NCBI GenBank assembly: GCA_964658305.1
Contig: OZ210884.1
Location: 5,270,001 to 5,334,000 of the forward strand
DNA from: Leptogorgia sarmentosa
Taxonomy: Eukaryota
Direction: 5' to 3'
Length of the DNA: 64,000 bases
A program made the position numbers and the translations under genes. The first letter of the stretch is position 1, and each line of letters starts with the position of its first letter. Shown here piece after piece: positions 60,401 to 64,000 of the stretch. The notes under the pieces are model-generated. The model ran no database searches, was not told where the DNA came from, and saw nothing but the letters and a program-made list of their open reading frames with translations.

Positions 60401-61660
60401 AAGTCACTATCTTTCGCCGGTTTTCCACGCCAAAATCCACAACACGCACATTTTTTTATAAAAATTGTAATATAGCATTTGCGAATCCAAACGTTGATTG
60501 GATAACAGTGACAGCTGAAGATCGATATGGGGGGGGGGGGGCTCATATTCATATATTCTTCTTGTGCATTACCAATTTCTTTTGAAATCAATTGTTTCCA
60601 AGGTATGTGAAAACGAATATAGGAATATGAGGCCGCCCCCAATTGTCGATCCTCCGCCGCCACTGTTGGATAAGAGCTGTGTGGATATAACTTAATATGA
60701 ACATGGAAAGTTTCCTGGCGCTCTTAATAAAAAATATTCCAATTAGTGTTGACTCATTATGCTATATTATGGAAAATATTTTTCCATGTTGATACATAGT
60801 CATATCAACATCCATGGAATTTGGAAAACCTTGAAATTCCCCATATTTCCATTCGTGTTCTGCCTAAAAAATTGACGGTTTTCGCTTATAATTACTTTTC
60901 TGAACTCATTTTATCAACCCAGTTGATGCTGCCCAGGCAGTCAGAATAAAAATAGTGAAATGTAGAAAAACATATTTATCGAGCAGCGACAGTTGAGTAT
61001 CCATTTATCTTTTCTGTCGAGCCTAATGAGAGGAAATTGACATTTTGCGTATTAAGTTCGAAATTGATGTTCACTTTATTTGCATTAATTAACCTCGTGG
61101 CCTATGTTGTTATTAACACTTTAAAAGTTTATTGCAGCTTGTCAAACATTCCCGGCACAATATATCAAGTGCCAAAATTAACATACAAATGAGTTTAAAT
61201 TAGAAGAATACTGTAACAGTGAGAATACATGAACTTCCAAAAATTTGAAATTTATTTTGAGTGTTGAATAGGAAATCCTCATCGATCGAATGAATGAATG
61301 AATGAGAAATCTTTACAACACGAGAAGCATCGGTACTATTCTGCTTATTTCAGAATCGTCCAAGCAAAAAATCTAAATATTTGGCGCAACAAATGAAGTA
61401 GGTACCGGAGACCTGTAGAATTTTAAAAAAATATTTGGAAAATATTTTTCTCAGTGGCAATATATAGATATATACTATCACACTATACTACTATATTTAT
61501 GAAATTAAAGTGCCTTTGTATAAATAGTGATAAATTATTTCAAATTGATTATAATGATGCGTGCATGTCCTAATCATGCGCGTAGCCCAATTTTTATTCG
61601 GCGTTTCTTAAGACAAGCGTCATTTCGAGAAAAAACCCTCAAGATCACTCTGCAATTGAA

Positions 61661-62563
61661 ATGTCGTGTCTTAGCATTTTAAACGTGGTGTGTTTGAGTA
61701 TTGTAAATGTCCTCTTCATGATTGCTGGAACATTTCTTAATGCAGTGGTAATAATAAGTCTATGGAGATCACAAATTGGAAAGAAGCCGTGCTACTTTAT
61801 GATTCGAATGCTATCATGCTTTGATCTGGGTGTTACCGGCATTACCCATGCTGTTATAATAGTATCAGCAATTTATGCATATTTCGGTGAGGTTTCTGAG
61901 CTTCGTGAAAAGATCAGGTTATATATATGCATTCTGCTGCAAGGTTTCTCATTAATATCACTATTTGTTCTGAACATCGAACGATTTCTGGCAATAACTT
62001 ATCCGTTTTTCTACCAACGTGTTGTCACAAAAGCAAAGCTTCTATCGTGCTTAACAGCTATGATCTGCATCATGGTGATTGAAACGATAGTATCCTATTA
62101 CAAAACAGGAGCTACGGATATTATGATTATAGCGAACTTGGCTTTGTTCATGAGCTTGTTCACATTTGCAAACTACAAAATGTTTATCGTTGCCAAGTCA
62201 AAACAAGCGAACGAGATTATCGTCCTGGGATCGCAAGCGGGAATAAAAAAACAGAAATGTTTTGTAAGTTTCAAATACATTTCCACATGTTCCTTGGCGG
62301 TGTTTTGTTCCCTCATCTGTTCTTGTCCACCAATCGTACATTCTGGTTTATGTTGGAAATGGGAAACACCATTATACGGAACACAGTTTCTTTCACTTGG
62401 ACTGTGGGCGAACACATCTGTTAGCATGAGCTCTACTTTCAATTGCTTGATATTTTTCTGGAGAAATTCTATCCTTCGTCGCGAGGCAACAAAGATATTC
62501 AAAGGATCTCATCATCATACTGGGCCGGTTGTATCAAAAGCGTTTACCACAAACAGTGGATAA
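61661..62563 (+). CDS. Intronless rhodopsin-family GPCR (300 aa), same family as the two minus-strand GPCRs, apparently nested in an MSH4 intron
   Basis: GTFLN, KKPCYFMI, LSCFDL, NIERFLAITYPFFY, KYISTC, CSCP, MSSTFNCLIFFW; TATAAATA at 61519-61526 upstream. Confidence 0.9.
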   Translation: MSCLSILNVVCLSIVNVLFMIAGTFLNAVVIISLWRSQIGKKPCYFMIRMLSCFDLGVTGITHAVIIVSAIYAYFGEVSELREKIRLYICILLQGFSLISLFVLNIERFLAITYPFFYQRVVTKAKLLSCLTAMICIMVIETIVSYYKTGATDIMIIANLALFMSLFTFANYKMFIVAKSKQANEIIVLGSQAGIKKQKCFVSFKYISTCSLAVFCSLICSCPPIVHSGLCWKWETPLYGTQFLSLGLWANTSVSMSSTFNCLIFFWRNSILRREATKIFKGSHHHTGPVVSKAFTTNSG

Positions 62564-63329
62564 GTAAAAAACTCAAATAAATATATAAACTATTGACTTC
62601 AAGAAAATTAAACTTTTCTGTCTGAACATAAGAACTATATGTATGGAACCATGGTTGTTTGAAAGTCGGAATAGCGCTATGCATTGGAACAAATCTTTCA
62701 ACCGTTGTTAGAATGTTATAGAGCTATAAAATTGCACACCTTGGCCTTGCAGTAATATAAAAATAAGTTAAAATTTTAAATATCGAAGTTTAATCTAGAT
62801 TAGACCGATCAATGGTTGTTTTATGGAGCTTGAAAAATTCAAAGCGCTACGCAACACCTTCGAACAACCGAGTAGTATACAAATACAGGAGAGATGGCAA
62901 TGTATTAAATTTTTGCCAACATACCTCGTGTATACAAAGTCTATGTTGAGCTGATATAGCTGAAATTTAATAATATCGTGTCACAGATCTAGTAATTGTG
63001 TGAATTTAAATTGAAGTGATAATCACAACATTAATTACAAACGTCCTAAAACACGAGCGGGAAACTGCAATTAGTTTTGAAATTTAATACTATAATTTCT
63101 GAAGCAGAAATTAAACTGGAGAACTGGCCTATTTTGTATTTGCAGTGGAAATATACATATACTTGCATATACTTCTGCTTCGAACAATGCAGAATGAGGC
63201 CTGTTTGAAATATCAAAATATGTCTGCGTCGAACCGGGTGCTAATGGCCTCATCAATCATTAACACACAGCTGAATAGTGCATATATATATACTACTTTT
63301 ACATGCACTATATACCGTTTTATTTTATG

Positions 63330-63760
63330 GCAAGTGTTTCTGAGCTGCCATCTGCTAAAATACAGCATTCTGATTGGTTCCTGAGCGGTCGGTAAACTGC
63401 AGTACGGACCGCTCAGGTTTAGCGACGTCGGTTGTTTATTGACTAATCAAGCGGGAGCGAAGACGAAACAAATTAAAAGCATGCTTGAACATTTTGCCGG
63501 TTCACTTTTTTTGGTAGCCATGCAATAACATTTTAGAGAACAATTTTTAGCGAACTTCTTCAGCTGTTCTTATATTAATTAGCCGTTTACTGGCTTTGTT
63601 GATAGTGTTGAATTGTTGTAAACGAGTTTTGTCTATATTTTCCCTATAATAAACAGCTTATTGACTGAGCTTGTTCGGTCCGTACTAGGCTCGGTCCATA
63701 AACAAGCGCAAAAGAACTCAACCGTGCAGTATCCTCCAGTACGAACAGTCAATAACATAA
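63330..63760. mobile_element. Probable non-autonomous repeat fragment, family undetermined
   Basis: ATTCTGATTGG...CAGTACGGACCG mirrored by CGGTCCGTACT near 63677; no ORF or clear TSD. Confidence 0.35.
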
Positions 63761-64000
63761 TTATATGTATAATATAGTAAATAACATAGACTAAAAAATA
63801 ACTTGAACATAAACAATTCATGCATGCAATGCTATATACAATTACTGATTTCCTCATAATGTTCAATTTCGACATTTGAAACACTGAAATTAATTTTTCT
63901 GCTTTTAACCCTTTACCCTTGCCTCTAAGATATCTGTTTTATCTCTCCGTAATATCAACATCTGTTTTAGTTCCGCAAAATATATGACTTTAATATTTGT

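Noticed and set aside
59081..60401. Repetitive ORFs (RKVGHL)n, (LRWPTF)n, (GQLSLD)n as proteins, or the array as CRISPR
   Set aside because: By-products of an 18-bp intronic tandem repeat; no unique spacers, no cas genes, eukaryotic context.
63960..64000. TTTTAG at 63965-63970 as the next MSH4 acceptor
   Set aside because: The required frame reads VPQNI then a stop, not the conserved continuation.

Overview
AT-rich, intron-rich animal DNA; the gene set, GPCR type and repeat termini suggest a marine invertebrate, plausibly a cnidarian (inference). Hand-spliced gene models with GT-AG sites and consistent phases, left to right: (1) first signal-peptide exon of a minus-strand gene running off the left edge. 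(2) Its complete tandem paralog, 4464-13830 (-), about 879 aa: signal peptide, one Calx-beta domain, 16 Ca-binding EGF modules each on its own phase-1 exon, a TM helix and a short Tyr-rich tail. The two copies share about 3 kb of diverged upstream DNA. (3) AGGF1. (4) An inverted, truncated third Calx-beta/EGF paralog. (5) An intronless 198-aa two-TM protein with a possible FAIM1-like N-terminus. (6) Two paralogous intronless rhodopsin-type GPCRs, one nested sense-strand in intron 4 of COMMD9. (7) COMMD9 head-to-head with RUVBL2. (8) The 5' part of MSH4, with micro-exons and a third intronless GPCR plus an 18-bp minisatellite in its last visible intron. Many MITEs (hAT-, PIF/Harbinger-, Tc1/pogo-like) lie in introns. 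No rRNA, tRNA or CRISPR seen. Best leads: the expanding Calx-beta/EGF receptor cluster and the odorant-receptor-like GPCRs hosted in housekeeping-gene introns.
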